Shown here piece by piece: positions 1-15,300 of a DNA stretch of 64,000 nt. Where the stretch lies: assembly GCF_963676685.1 (NCBI RefSeq), contig NC_092346.1:9300001-9364000 (forward strand). Direction: 5' to 3'. Numbering within the stretch: the stretch's first letter is position 1; every line of letters starts with the position of its first letter. The stretch comes from Mytilus edulis (lineage: Eukaryota). The notes below the pieces were generated by a model. That model was not told the DNA's origin. It ran no database searches and saw only the letters and a program-made list of their open reading frames with translations. The translations under genes and the position numbers were made by a program.

Positions 1-44
1 TGCAAATAAATTGAATGCATGCTGTGAGACCAACACCTCTCCCA

Positions 45-160
45 GTTCTAAACTACAGTCCATTCCCGTGATAACGTTCCACAAAATACGGTGAACGATA
101 TTAAGGTTCTAATCTACAGTCCTTTTCCGTGATAACGTCCCACAATACGGTGAACAATAT
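45..160. repeat. Two-copy ~61-bp direct repeat
   Basis: gttcta(a)..ctacagtcc...ccgtgataacgt..cacaa..tacggtgaac occurs twice. Confidence 0.7.
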
Positions 161-283
161 AAAAGTATCTACAAAGTGGGGTATACCTGGCTGTTTAACA
201 GGAGTATAATAATGGGGCTCTAGTGCGACCTGTTTTAAAATGATAAAATGAAAAATAAATATTTGATTTGTGACAGTTCTTAA

Positions 284-315
284 TTAATGAAGGAAGTAGT
301 ATTGTATCATTTGAT
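284..315 (-). CDS. Uncharacterised gene, last coding exon (HQMIQYYFLH*)
   Basis: Acceptor ttttatttag at 316-317, phase 1, TAA stop. Confidence 0.6.
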
Positions 316-3300
316 CTAAATAAAAAATATATATATGCAAAATAAAAAAAAATGCGCAAAATAGAAAAAAATGAACAAATACATATAAACTCACAGCAAC
401 TACTAATAGGTTCATCGAAGTTAAAATTATTTTTATATATTTGTTTTGTGTGTATTCAAATTTATTCAAATTCTACCAGCAAGTCAGGGAAAGCAAGAAA
501 TAAAATAAAACAAAATACTGTCCTTCGCGCAATTTTTCAACGATGATCAACATATTGTTTTCATATAATTTGATCCATCAAACATTAAATCAGTATAGAA
601 GGTTTTCATTTTGAATCTAAAGATAATTTGATACAAATGCATGACAAAATGACCATAATGCCTTGAAACCCTATAAACAAGTGGGTTTTAAAGAAGAAAA
701 AACTAACTTCGATTACCTTCAAATACTGTGCATGTTGTTTGTACAACTCATATATTTAAATATACACATTTGTACTCTATGTTGTAAACTGGGTAATACA
801 TATATTGTAAATGACATTTATGTTAATTAAATGACAATTGTTCGAGGATATTGCTCTCCCAATCAAAATGTTGGATTCAAAGGAAGAGAAATCATTCCCG
901 CCTTCGCCTACGAAAGTTCGTTAAATCTGACCTCCAGAACAAGTAAGGTCAATTTGACTTTCAAAACAAGTAGCCGTTCAATCTGACCTTGTGAACAAGT
1001 GGCCGTCCAATCTGACCTTGAGAACAAAAAACGGTTCCGTTTAATCTGACCTTGAGAACAAGTAGCCATTCAAGCTGACATTGAGAACAAGTTGCAGTTC
1101 AATCTGACCTTGAGAAACAAGTGGCCAACAATCTGAGCCAACAATACCATATTTATATATTCCGATAATGGTATTTCATTTGTTATTTTTTTTATGTATT
1201 TATTTTAAACTTCAATAGAAGTCATCAATCCGTGTTTAAAATGAATAAAACCCCGTTCGACAAGCACTTTGATAACAAAATACAGATTAACGCAACGAAG
1301 GCGAGAACAATTTCTCAAACAAATTACTCATTGTAGTTGGTAAGTTATAGGGTATTATTATGAGTTATAAAACACAACTTGTTTGTTAAAAAAACTTACG
1401 ATCCATTGGCTTATTTTGCTCTTGATACCAATATTTAAATCCATTTTTGGCATGATCGTAGTAAGTAGAATTGTATTTTGGTTTCCGTTTCGTGGCGGAT
1501 GGAGCTCTGTACATTGTCCTTGGATTAGCCATGCTATTTGAAAAACTTATTTTTTGAGCTGGTTGTCTCTTTGGTAACATAAAATTGTTGTCTACCTGTT
1601 TTACTGTACCTGGAAAACAATGTTTATGAAATATTAGTACAGAAAACAATAATAGTGTTAGTGTATACAAGGTTAAAAGACATGTCGTATCTTTTTTCTA
1701 TCGAAGTTTTGGGCCTTTGAAGAAGGTCATATTTTAAGAGTGGCGATATATATCATAAAGTATCATACATAATAATCAAAAAGGTACGCTTGACTAACTT
1801 TGACAGAAATTAACGATCTTTGATTTAAAAAAATATTGCTGATAACTGGCAATATTGCTACCATTTTTTTAATGTTTAGTAGGGTAAATGATGTACTGTG
1901 TTTGATTTTTAAAATGTGATTACCTTCTACAAAAGACATATGCGATCCTGTGTTTGCAAAACAAGAAGTTATATGACGCCATCTGCCACCAGCTCGTCCC
2001 ATTCGGTTAAGATTCCTAAAACGGAGGTACAGTTTTCAATAATTAAGCATTTTTTTATTATACACCAACATACATATATTTTTATCAAGTACTATTTGCG
2101 TTACGAAAAATTGTGACTTTTGATCTATACATGTCCAGTTTTAGTTCAACTATATAGCTTGACAAGCCGGCGCTATAAACAAAATAAATTAGTCCGTATA
2201 CATGTACATCCACAGTATAAAAGATAACGGCAATATAAGATACCATTTTGTTTATGTTGGATGTCACACATATTCGTCAAAATACACGGTTGAAAAAACG
2301 GTAGTCAACACTTTTTTTTATTCGTGCGTCAATAAGGAGCGTTTTGCCAACGAAAAGCGCCGTCTGGTGTACAAAATTACAAGCCTAGTATCGTCGATGA
2401 GGGTTTTTTTATGGCAAGCCGTTCTCGTCAAAACTATGTTTAAACCATTTTTCGAGAAATTTACACACTGAGAATTACAAAAAAACACACTGAGATTTAA
2501 AAACTTCAAAACACACACTGAGAATTAAAAATTACACACTGAGATTTCATAAAGACGCACTGAGATTACAAAAATGAAAAACACACACTGAGAATTGAAA
2601 ATTACACACTGAGAATTGAAAATTACACACTGAGAATTGAAAATAACACACTGAGATTTCAAAAAGACACACTGAGAATAAATAAACTGAAAAACACACA
2701 CTGAGAATTGTTAATTACACACTGAGATTTCAAAAATACACACCGAGATTAATATGCAAATTACTAATGAATATTCATGAGATGAATAATTCAACAGATT
2801 AATATCTTGATCTCAAAAACTCTTGTCATCATAGTGAAATGCGATTCCTTCAACCAATTAACATTCGTAATAAATTTCATGACTTAACATCGCTCATATT
2901 CACAAGTTTGTTGCCTATAATTCATATCATTACTACCAGTGTATCGGGACTTGTAACATAAATTGGATTTTTTCCTTTGATGTTTTTATGAAATAATTTG
3001 CTTAAAAAGTGTGGTGAGGGAAAACCATGGTATATTATATGCAAATTTATGTTGTACCATACTTTGCTAAAAATATGCAACTCGACTAGAATCCAAAGGA
3101 AAAAAGGCGGAGCTTCAGCCATGGTATAACATATTCATTTTGATGTTATTCCATGGCTGAAGCTCCACCTTTTTTTTTTAAATGCATCCGCCTCTAAAAT
3201 ATTTAGGAAACTGTAAAACGTACTAAAAGGTCAAGATCTTCATTTGTTTTCATTTTATAAGAAAAAGCAATAAATTATGTGTACCACATTTCAAGAAACC

Positions 3301-6300
3301 CTTTTCAAACTACATAGTATTGTTACGAATTCCCTTAATTTTGGAAACAATTACTGAATGTTTCTTTTTTCAGTTTTGAAAAAAATAAAATGTAACACTA
3401 TCATTTCCTTTGCGAAAATTCAATTTAAATTCGATTTAAAAAGGGGGGTACCTATACAAAAAGGAATAAATATCGGCTACAAATATCTGTGAAAAAACAT
3501 GATTAGGGGACGTACACTATCTACGCCCCTGGATCCGCCACTGTTAAAATATTATTTTTATCATTTAAATTGTGTTTTAATAAATAATCTAATAAAATAA
3601 CGGAAGAGAAGCATTTTTCATTTAGATAAAAATTCTGTAAAATATGATTAATTTGTATGATACATTGAAAAAAAAAAAAAATTCTTACCGTCATTAGAAT
3701 AATTATTTAATCCTTGTCGCTGGAATCCGACATTTGTGTTTACCTCAGTCTGATGACATTATGAAATTACCTGCGCCTACAATCATACACGGGGCGCAAA
3801 ACTAAAAACAAATCAGGGAAAATCCGACATTTTCATTACTTTCTGCAAATTCAGGGGTTCTATTACATGAAGTACACAGACGATCATACACGCAGCGCAA
3901 AAGTGACTTGCGCGAGCTTCCATTTCATTGGATAAAACTGTAACGTGATCAATTTCCAATATTAGTTGAAGGTCTTGAAGCTGTCAATCATTTTATTTAT
4001 ATTACAAATTTTATATACCATGTGTCTTACTCATTAACATATTTAAACAAACTCATCCTTCGGATTCGTTTGTTTAAATATGTTAACTCGTAAAAACCAT
4101 GGTATATATAGTACTTAAAACCGTTTTAGCATGGGTCCCTTTTAAAAAGTCTTCCAACTGTTACCCTGATTTCGCAAGTTAATCTTTTATATTTTTGTTA
4201 CGTTTATATTCTATTATAGACACTTGAGTAAAAACTTCACTGCATTATTTGTTTTTCAGTGCAAATTGTTCCAAGTTTTCTTATAATTTTAATATAAAGT
4301 TTTCACCATTTGGTATAAATATTTTGTAATAAGAATAAGCGGGTATTTTTCTTGTCCTTGTATTTCTAAAGTTTTTTATGAATAATTTGGAACCAAATCG
4401 AAGGACTAACGAGTTCTGTCCCTTAGTTGCTTTAAGCTTGTAATAGATTCAGATTAAGTATGCTAATTAGATATGTGCGCATAAAAAGTGCGCACAAATC
4501 TCAGTGTGTCATTTTAAATTCTCAGTGTGTAATTTCAAATTCTCAGTGTGTGTTTTCAATTTATTTATTCTCAGTGTGTCTTTTTGAAATCTCAGTGTGT
4601 TATTTTCAATTCTCAGTGTGTAATTTTCAATTCTCAGTGTGTAATTTTCAATTCTCAGTGTGTAATTTTCAATTCTCAGTGTGTGTTTTTCATTTTTGTA
4701 ATCTCAGTGCGTCGTTATGAAATCTCAGTGTGTAATTTTTAATTCTCAGTGTGTAATTTTTAATTCTCAGTGTGTAATTTTTAATTCTCAGTGTGTAATT
4801 TTTAATTCTCAGTGTGTGTTTTGAAGTTTTTAAATCTCAGTGTGTTTTTTTGTAATTCTCAGTGTGTAAATTTCTCGAAAAATGGTTTAAACATAGTTTT
4901 GACGAGAACGGCTTGCCATAGTTTTTTTTAACAATTAATCCATTACTTATAATTAATCCATTTTTTATAGACAATATGGTATGTCTCTCATGGAAAATTA
5001 TCAAATACCACAATTATTTATAATAATGAAAAACAATAGAATCATTACATGTCTGGACTTTGAGATCTGTGAAACAGCCGATTGTAATACTGTCTTGTGA
5101 TTGGATCTAGTGGTTCCTCCGTCCTGGCAGGCATTGTCATCTCTCTCTGTAGTCTCATTGGGGGTGGGGACGAATACCGGAAGTCGTTATTATATCCTAA
5201 TCTGGATTCTGTCTGTAATATAAATATTCAAAGTTTATATATGTACGCGAGTAAATTAAAGCAGAATTTGGTGGCAGTGAATGACACAGCGACCAAGGGG
5301 AACCAGTATACCGAAAAATACATTTCAGGTCACCATAATACACACTTAACAACACTTAACGCTTAACGAGTACTTAACACCATATGACATAAAAGAAAAT
5401 AGTCCTTGCACTGCAAACGAGTTAGGCTATGTGTTATGTTTGACAATGAGACAACTATTCATTGTATTCAACAGAGTACAGAGACTATGAACAAACCCAA
5501 TATCGTAAAGAAACATATACAAATAGTAGAACAGCTCGAGATAACAAAAGGTGAAGCAATACAAATCAGAAAACAAACGACCTTATTTAAAGTAAATAAA
5601 TAACTCATACTCACTTATTTGAAGTGAAAACTCTAATCGTCAAGTCAGACAGGGTCGGATGTGCAAATTGATGTTGAAATTCAATATACATTTTTGTACA
5701 TCGGATTGAGCATTGCCCCAGTGGTTTCGACAATTTTAAGACAATTGTGAATTTCATTTTGTTTTTCGAAGTTTTTACATGTATTGTCCATTATTAAAAC
5801 TAACCATCATCAAGTGTAATAGGTGCACATCAGAAGCTAAAACTATTTTGCAACTACCATTTAAATTCACTGTCTGTATTAAATGTTGTATTTGTGTTTG
5901 CTTGACCCATATGGGTGTATTTTGCAAATAAAATTATTATTATTATTTAAAAGTCGTTTACATAGGTAGTTCACATATAAAGTTACATGTCCTTGTTTTT
6001 ATGAAATAACACCAAAAAAATGTTAAAAGGCAAATGGCCCTGCACTAGCTGCTAAAGCAAAAATCTTGTACGATCAATCATATAGACGTGTTGATATTAA
6101 AAATTCCTGCATATATACGTGTTATAGATCGTTATGAATGTTTAATGAGTAATATCAATTAAAAGTGATAAGACAGCAACCAAACAACACGAAATAAAAC
6201 TTAGATATGAAGTTAAACTTGAAAAAAATGGTGAAAGGGCTTGGATTTGTTTGAAAGAGATCTACAATAAAGTTTTGATAATGCGTTATAGAGCCATAGC

Positions 6301-9300
6301 TTTAGTCTTTGGCATAAAACTACAAAGAAATTCTTTAATCGTTCTCTAAGACAAAGCTCAAATTGTAGATCTAATTAAAACGCAATGGTATTTAACTGAA
6401 TCAAGCTCTCATCACGGCAGGAACGTCCAATAACAGAAAGTAATTATCCGGTATACAAATCAAAATATAGCTTAATGTCCCATTCGGGCAGAAAATGATA
6501 CGCAAACAAGTGTACAAATCTAAATAGCTTAAGATTTATACATATTTCACTGCATAATATGCATTTTTAAAAGTTTTAACTGTAATAGATTGGTATCTTT
6601 GTAATGGCTAAAATAGGCATTCATTGCTTTTCCAATGCAGGTGCTAAGTATAGTGAAACCACAACCTAAGATGACTGATAAAAGATGATTTTTAGAGAAG
6701 ACGTTTTCATCAGAACAGAGTGGGTAGAAATTGAAACAATACCATGAATTCACAGTTCTATATCTCCTTTTTTTATATATAGATTGCAATAATTAATATC
6801 TGTCTTTCTTGCGTGGGCTTTTTCAAAAATGAAAATAAAGTATAATTGACTCATGTTTTTTAAAGCTGCAAATTAAAGTCCACACATTATGCCACTAAAT
6901 ACCAAAAATTCACAAGACACATACCTGATCTTGATAATCCTGAAATAAGACATATTTCCATAGAAAACATACACACATATATAGCTCTTCATCTTTTTAA
7001 TAAGCTTTCGATTTTCAAAAAATTTGGTCTCGAGCATCACTGAAGAGATATTGATTGTCAACATGCGCAACAGGTCTGAAAAGCTAATTTTATAACATAG
7101 ACATTCCAACTTTAACCAAAATAGTAAATACATAGATATGTTTATTACACGAACGATAAAATTGAGAATGGAAATTAATGGGGAATGTATCAAAGGGACA
7201 ACAACCCGACGATGTACAGTCTCAAGATCGAGAAATCATGACACATTTTTTTAAGGATGTTCGCTTCTCTGTTAAAAAATAACAAGCTTTTTAAAAGACT
7301 GTTATGAATTGATAGTATATAAATAAATAAACTAAAAAAGTAGAAAAAATGGAGATTCCGTGTGCTCGTTTTCGAGATATAAGCCATTGAAAATTTGGCG
7401 GGAAACAATTCTCTCTAGATTTTTCATATATTTAACATAGGCACCTTATCTGTTTCAAAAACTATGAAAAATAACAAGAATTCTATAAAATTTTGAAATA
7501 TGGCTTTTCAAACTTTATGTAATAAAATTATGAAAAGAAAAGTAGGGATTAGTGGGCAATTTCCGAAAATCTGGCAAAAAATCAAAAAATGGAGTAGCAA
7601 ACATCTTTAAATCAAACATTCAGTAACTTTTTAAACGTTAATTCAATCATAAAATAATTGTATTACCTGTGTTGCGTTGTTAATCCTTGACCCCGGTCTC
7701 CCTGGGGTAACACGACCGGGGGTATAAGCACCATATCTGCCTGTAGGGTTTGGAGGGGGTGACGGACAATTGACATCTCCATACGGATCATCTTCATATA
7801 CATCAGATGGATATCTGTAAACAAATATTTTGAATTTCATTAGTCTGTATATTTGATGCTATGCAATTTTATATCCGCGTAAGTATTTTATTGATGCAGT
7901 TGTTTTGATAAGTGCAACTACCACAGGCTAGTTCAGAACTATAAATCCGCCAATTTTTAACCTTTTCATCCTGAAAGAGTATTATTCTAGCTACTTCTAA
8001 ATTTGTAAGAAAATTACTATTATAAAAGTCTCCAGACTGGACTTACAACGTCAACTATGGGCATGCCCTCCGCCGCAAGAAAGCTCTAATGGCCCCGACG
8101 GTAGACAGGTCGGGAATATATATTCCAATGTTATTTCAACATAGAGAACCAAACATCTGACATGAAACTATTAATGTAATAAAATATGTCGTTACAAGGA
8201 GGAACACTAACGAAATTTCCGAAAAGAACATTTGATATACAAATATGCGGAAGGAAGGAAACATGTTCTGAAAATGATAACCACTTCCCTTTTTATCACA
8301 GCCAGTTGTCGAAAAAAAAACTCCCTCAAGTGTAAGCGGTTTTTTTTTTTTTGGTAAGAAGTTAAACACTACCTGAATGTACCAGTCGTTTGGTAGGTTA
8401 CAGAACTAGCCCTGTGGATCGGGTCATATTCCATCATCTCTATCAGATATCAGAAATGTTAGTACTTTTGATATATATCCCCTTGTCAATATCAGTTCTG
8501 TATAGCATGTCTGATTACTTATTTATACTGATAGCTTGTTGATTATTAGGTTCTGTAATACGGCATACACCAGGGGAATAACTATTTTATCGTCACCTAT
8601 ATATGATAATGTCTGGATTTTATGTTATTTAAGACAAAAATCATTATTGGTTAATTATGGTCCTAAACAAAATTGTCCATGGAGCAACTTTATGAGCTAC
8701 ATACATCTTTTAATAGTGCATTTGAATGAGGCTATCGGTAACAACTTGAACTTACGGCCATCTCTCTCTCTCTTGTGACCTGATTCAGCGACGATTTTTC
8801 CGAATACCAAAATATCAAGTGTTTCTCACTTGACAACTCGCAGTTTGGATTTTTAATATACATTTTTAGAATAATTTAAGTGATGACAGACCAGGTGATC
8901 ATTCCACAAGAGGGTCACACAAACTGTAATCGTTTAATAAGGCCAAATTAAAATTTTTTTAAAACAGAGCCACACAAACGTATTCTTAGAGTGTTGAATA
9001 TAAAGAGTTGGACAAGGTTTGTTCGTTGGACAAGGTCACACCAAGTCTTTTAATTTTCAATGAGGTCACAATATATCTGGTTCCTTGTTGTTTGTGCTGG
9101 TTTGGTTTTTTTGTGGTGGAAAGGGGGGTCATAACATACCACATGGTTCCCAATTATGATAACAATGTATTACTAGTTTGTTCTTTAAAGTTTCGAAGAA
9201 GATCTCGGCCATCTTATTTCTTGTTCTCTTGACAGGGACCATCTTATTTAATTCCTTGTTTTGTTAAGTATGACTATTGCACTTTGGAGAACACTCTACA

Positions 9301-12300
9301 ATCCGACTCTTTAATAAACTCTGATCTTTGCATATAATCACTGCTTTCAATATTACCCCTCATTCTAAATATAACCGTGACTTTAACCAATGTGGGACAC
9401 ATACAAAGCTTTCATTCCATGTTTGTACCCAAAATAAATCGTCCCCCTTTTTTTAACAAAACAGCTAGAAAAGATATTGTTGTTGCCTAAATGTAAATAA
9501 ACAATATTTAAGGTATTTATTTTTATGAATTTATCACACAGCCCCCTATAAATTTATGTTGGAGATTAAATCTTTAAGAGTATTTACATAGTAGGAACCC
9601 TGTGTTTTTGTACTTTAAATTTATCATTTACACATATCATTGTCGCATTCTTTAAAATTTTGGAACAATAATTACAAAAGATATGGTATTGTCACTGTTG
9701 TAAGATTGTACAAATAGAACACAGATAACCCGCAATGACATAATAGTCGGGTGTCCATTAATACGGATTAATTTTCAATGATGTTTGTACAGTTGGTAGG
9801 CACGAGCACAAAAGATCGATTTTCCATGTTATATCTAAGGACAGAAGGTCGGCTACCTAACCGACAGTCAGTCATATAGATTTAATAAATCTGTCAACAC
9901 CTACTTCCAAATTCGGAATTAATCCAAATACAGAATGTGAAATTCGGTCTGTGTTTTTACCAAGTCATACAAAAGCCTCGCGATCGACTCTGCATAGTTT
10001 CATTGCGTCCTAAGCGTTGCCGATACAAGCATTAACTGCTAGTAGTCTGTTGTTATTTATGCATTATTGTCATTTTGTTTATTTTCTTTGGTTACATCTT
10101 CTGACATCAGACTCTGACTTCTCAAGAATTGAATTTTAAATGTGCGTATTGTTATGCATTTAGTTTTCTACATTGGCTAGAGGTATGGGGGAGGGTTGAG
10201 ATCTCACAAACATGTTTATTGCCTAAATTACCCATGATTATATTTGAAATTGTTTTCAGAGGCACGGTCCCTACAGTGCTTGTTAACATTAATAAACATT
10301 ACAGTTTTAATATGCTACAATTCAAACACCATATGTATGATTATTTATGGCGCTGCATATTGTTCAACTTTCTTAATTGAGTCTCAAGTGTTGCTGTGAC
10401 AGTGTGCAATATTATCAGAGGCATGGTCCCTACATGTTAACATTAATTAACATGGCAGTTTTAATATTCTACAATTTTAACACCAAATGTCTTTTATTTA
10501 TGGCGTTGCTTAGGGAATATGGATAATTATAGCGTATCAAAGTCTGAACCTATGTTAGATCTTTAACTCGAGGCATGCAATTAAATTAAAACTATTATAA
10601 ACTTTTAGACGAACTTTAATATACACTATTGAAATAATTTAAAATGAGTAATAAAACTAATTGTTTGATTTATCACACAGGTGTTTTTATTAAAGAAATA
10701 TATAAACCACTTTTTGATTTGTTATACTGAAATAAAAGGAGCTGTTGGGTATAGTTCAATGAGAGAACAATCTTAGTAAAAATAGGCGCCGAGAGCTAGG
10801 GTCACCTAAGGTTTTCAATAAAACACAAGAGCGAATATAGCTAAGGTGTAACACAAGTAAATCGTCCCGAATTGAATCAAAAAATATGTATAGATCTCTA
10901 TTTCATTTCTTATACCGAAATAAAAGGAAATGTGGGGTAAAGTTCAATGAGAGAACAGCCTAAGGAAAAAAATTAGGGATCAAGAGTTAGGGCAACCTTT
11001 AGTCTTCAATAAAACACGGGAGTGTACAAAATATGCTATTAAAGCTGAAAATCTCTCCGAATTGATAAATAAAAATTGAACAGAAACAATCAATTAAATA
11101 TCTGCTGCCGACACCCAATTGTGCAAATAATGAAAAGCCGTAAGATATGACATACGAACACTTCTAAGGAGTTTCATGACGCATATTAAATAACAAAGTA
11201 AAAATCTACATATGTGCACTGACTTCTATTTGACTCTTATTACTTAAGCTTTCAAATGTACTATATATGAACCGTGATTTGGTTTGTACTGCATATATGT
11301 CAATGTGCGTGCGGCCATTTCGATTCCGCTTTTTGTATTGTATCATATCTGTAATAGGCATTTTTATATAGCATTGCGACCGCCGTTGCCAGTTTAACGT
11401 TCTAATCTGATTCCACTAAACGAGCCATATGATTGCTCCTGCTTCAAACCTTTTTGGACAGTGCATTGATTGCCATCTGTGTAGCAGACGGCTGAAACGA
11501 ACATTACAAAAACGTTATTCCTCGAGTTCAAACAAATATTTAATATATTGCATGCTTTAAATTGGGGGGAAAAACGAATTCACAAACCATTGTGTAAATA
11601 TTTAATGTAAAAATTGATATTTTTGTCTGTTATAAAATTGATCTGTAGAACGTGAACATGGATAATAGACTTGTCCAATCAATTTAACACGTCATCAGAA
11701 ACAAAATGTTGAATAATATTTTATTTGAAGTGTTTACATAGCGCTTAAAATGCATACAATAAACGTAAATTTTACTTTCATACATATAAACTGTACTAGA
11801 AAAGTGTTTATAAAGGGTTTTTTTCTTTCTCAAGTATATTGAATACTTCCAATCCATTAACTCTATACAGTCTGATAAGTGTTTATTCAAAAACATTTCT
11901 TTTTTAATTATATAAATTAAAATTGCTTTGAAAACTTTAAACTCTATCAAGTGTTGAATAGTAAAAAAGTTTATTTTTTGACTTGTAATAGCTGTACCAT
12001 GAAAAGTATAGGTGAAATATATTGTATAATATCACATGAACTTAAATTAGTTTTATATATCTTTGATCTTTTCCGAATGTAGCATGAAAGTGGATTATTT
12101 TCTGGGTTACGATTCTTTCAATCATTTCTTGAATCTTTCAGATAGTCATAATAATGCAGATTTCTGCACGTTACAAATATTGGAAACGATATTGAATATA
12201 TGAAGGTGAATATATGCGAACATACATTACATTGTAGGAAAGATTTTTATAGCAACAGACCAAGTACGTTCATGCAGTTGCCATGAACAATTATTAAATA

Positions 12301-15300
12301 AAGTATTGTTTTACAAGTGTTATTCGTTTGCAATACTTATAAAACTGCGTATAAGTTTGTCGATCCAGCTTTTTTCAAAAGGGGTGTTCCCAGGATACAA
12401 TGGGGGTTCAAACCATATTTCTCCATTCAAATGCGTTGATCGTCCCAAAAAGGGGGATTCCAACCAACGGAACGCCCTCCCCCTGGATACACCATTGGAC
12501 AATTGTATAGTACGTTCTACTTTCTTTAATCAAATTATTGAGATCAAGAAAGATGAATCTTGTATTAGTACAATGAGTCTAAGCCGGCGACTTGTAAATA
12601 TAGTTACGACCAATTGACTGTCTATTTTCTGCATGATAATCCTAACAAATACATCAGATTCACATACTGTATACAATTTAATCATTCAGCCAGAAAGATT
12701 CCTTAAACCAAGAAGTCCCTATACCTCGAACCCCTACACCATACACATGATCACACCGCTTTACCACATGCCACGTAATAACTATCTCGTACTGCTATCA
12801 ATTCATTTCCCCGTACTGCTATCAATTCGTTTCCCCGTACGACCAAATATTAGTTTTACTTTCTATACAAAACAAGAAAATGACAACAAGTAAGCACAAG
12901 TTTTGTTTTAAGAATAGACTTCGTATGATTTTTACGAGGTTAGGTTTTCTTTTAGTTTTACTGATTCAGAAACTTAGGAGGACCACGTCCCAATCCCACA
13001 CCACCTTAAACCCCTTCAAACTGTGACATATTTTCCAAGGGAAGCTCTGTTAGGAAGAACAAACATCTGTTGACACTCCTATCCGAAACCTCGCCCCATA
13101 TACAAAGTTATCACTTGTACTTCTACCAAAAAGAACATTCCACATACCAAATCATTATCTCGTACTCCTACACAAAACCTCACCAATATACCAAGCCATC
13201 GGCTTGTACTTCTACCAAAAACGCTCTCCCATGAACCGAGTCAATATATCTAAGACTAACCCTATCATACCCCTGAGATACTATGTGTTATAGTAGTCTC
13301 CGCATTCCGTTCAATAGTGCTTCTATTTTGTTCTTTAGATGCCGTACATTGCATGTTCCACATATAAAAAGTGCACTAACTATGTATATGATATATATAG
13401 GATAGAAAAAATTATGATCTTGCAACAGTAAATCGAACTTACATATCATAGCCTCTCATTTCATATGAAGTATATGGTCGTCGAATTTGTCCTGCCATCT
13501 TGTTAAAAGTTCTGTGTTGTCAAATGCGAGTTTAATTTCAATTAATATCCAATGTTTTCAATCGATCTTCACGCTTCGACGTTTATCATTTGTCCAGTGA
13601 AAGTTTTCTTCTTATATCATAAATATACCTTTTATTGTTGTAGATTTTTAGTTGAATTTATCAACACAATTTAAACCTCCCAGATTATTCATAGTTCTCT
13701 ATACTATCAAGTAGAAATATACGATTATTTGGGCCAGTTTATTAATTTTAGGGGGCTTTGAGACCGGATAAAAGTTACTAGGACAATGATTAAAGCGAAG
13801 AAGAATATCTTATTGATATATTGGTGTTTATTTTATTAATAAACGACAAACTACCGGAAAAATTGACAAATTTAAATTTAATTTTTGGTTCAATTTAGTA
13901 AATATTAATCTTGAATACAACTCCATTTTACCTTAGATTAAATTTCAATAGATCTTAACTACCGTTATTGAAAGGTATTCAAGCGGGTATTACAAAAGCT
14001 ATAGCTTAAACCTTTTTACGGATTAATCTCCGACCGTTCCTCTTGCTTTTAATTAGGTGCAACATGCATATGCACCACGCACACATGAAAAAGAGATTAT
14101 TTTTTTATTACAAGGGATTATAATATTAAGTCGATTTGTCTGGTGGTCCTTTACGTAGACTCAGATTAAACAACAGTACAAAGAAGGTGGAATGCACACA
14201 TGCAAGCACCCGATTACATTAAAAACTTGAAATTGAATTATGAAACAACTTTTATGGAACCAATTAACCAATATTCTGTCAAATATGGTTTCCTCATTTA
14301 TTTTCGAAAATTGGTCTCCTTGTTCTATAATCATATATTCTTAGTTTGAGTACATGACGGGTGCCACAGTGTGGAGCAGGATTTTTTCATCATTCCTGAA
14401 CCCTTGAGATCAACCCCGTTTTTTAAGGGGGTATGGTTTGTGTTTTTTCAGTCTTTCCTTTTCTATGTTGTGTTATTGTATTGTTGTCTGTCTGTTTGTC
14501 GTGTTTCTTGTTGACCATAGTATTGTCATATAAAAAAGAAGATGTGGTATGATTGCCAATGAGACAACTATCCACAAAAGACCAAAATGACACAGACATT
14601 AACAACTATAGGTCACCGTACGGCCTTCAACAATGAGCAAAGCCCATATCGCACAGTCAGCTATAATAGGCCCCGATGAGACAATGTAAAACAATTCAAA
14701 CAAGAAAACTAACGGCCTTATTTATGTAAATAAATGAACGAAACACAAATATGTAACACATAAACAAACGACAACCACTGAATTACAGGCTCCTGACAGT
14801 TTGTTTTTGACTATCCCTTTCGTATCTTTCGACTTTTGCGTAAAATGAGAAACTATAACACCAAACACCTTATTCCCATAATTGGGGTCGAGACTGGCTA
14901 TGCATTTTCTACGTGTTCCGCTTAGTCGACACACAATTAATACCTTTTTGATGTTTTATAACATTAAATCGTGGGCTTAAAGAGCATTTGACTGGTAAAA
15001 AACAGCCATAAGAATCATTGTTTTTGGTATAACAGCTTCATAAAGTATTTATCGTTTGTCCGGCTATCTTCTCTTTTTAAAAGTTTTTGAGCAACATCTG
15101 CATACCCTTCCGGAGCACGTTAGATTGCCCCTAGTTTTTTTAGTGTTCGTGTTGCTTAGTTTTTAGTTTTCTATGTTGTTTCTTATGTATTATAATATTT
15201 GTCTGTTTGTCTTTATCTTTTTTATCCCTGGCGTTGTCAGTTTATTTTATATCTATGAGTTTGAATGTCCCTTTGGTATCTTTCGCTCCTATTTTCTTTT

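Noticed and set aside
2460-2750. CRISPR-like array
   Set aside because: No unique spacers, eukaryotic context, mirrored as an inverted arm; the same lack of spacers applies to 925-1137
4460-4742. Repetitive SQCVIFN / FSVCNFQ ORFs
   Set aside because: Translations of the 21-bp subterminal repeat of the foldback element
8047-8064. Fourth alternative first exon (MPIVDV|GTAAGT)
   Set aside because: Phase 0, out of frame with exon 2; at most a non-coding exon
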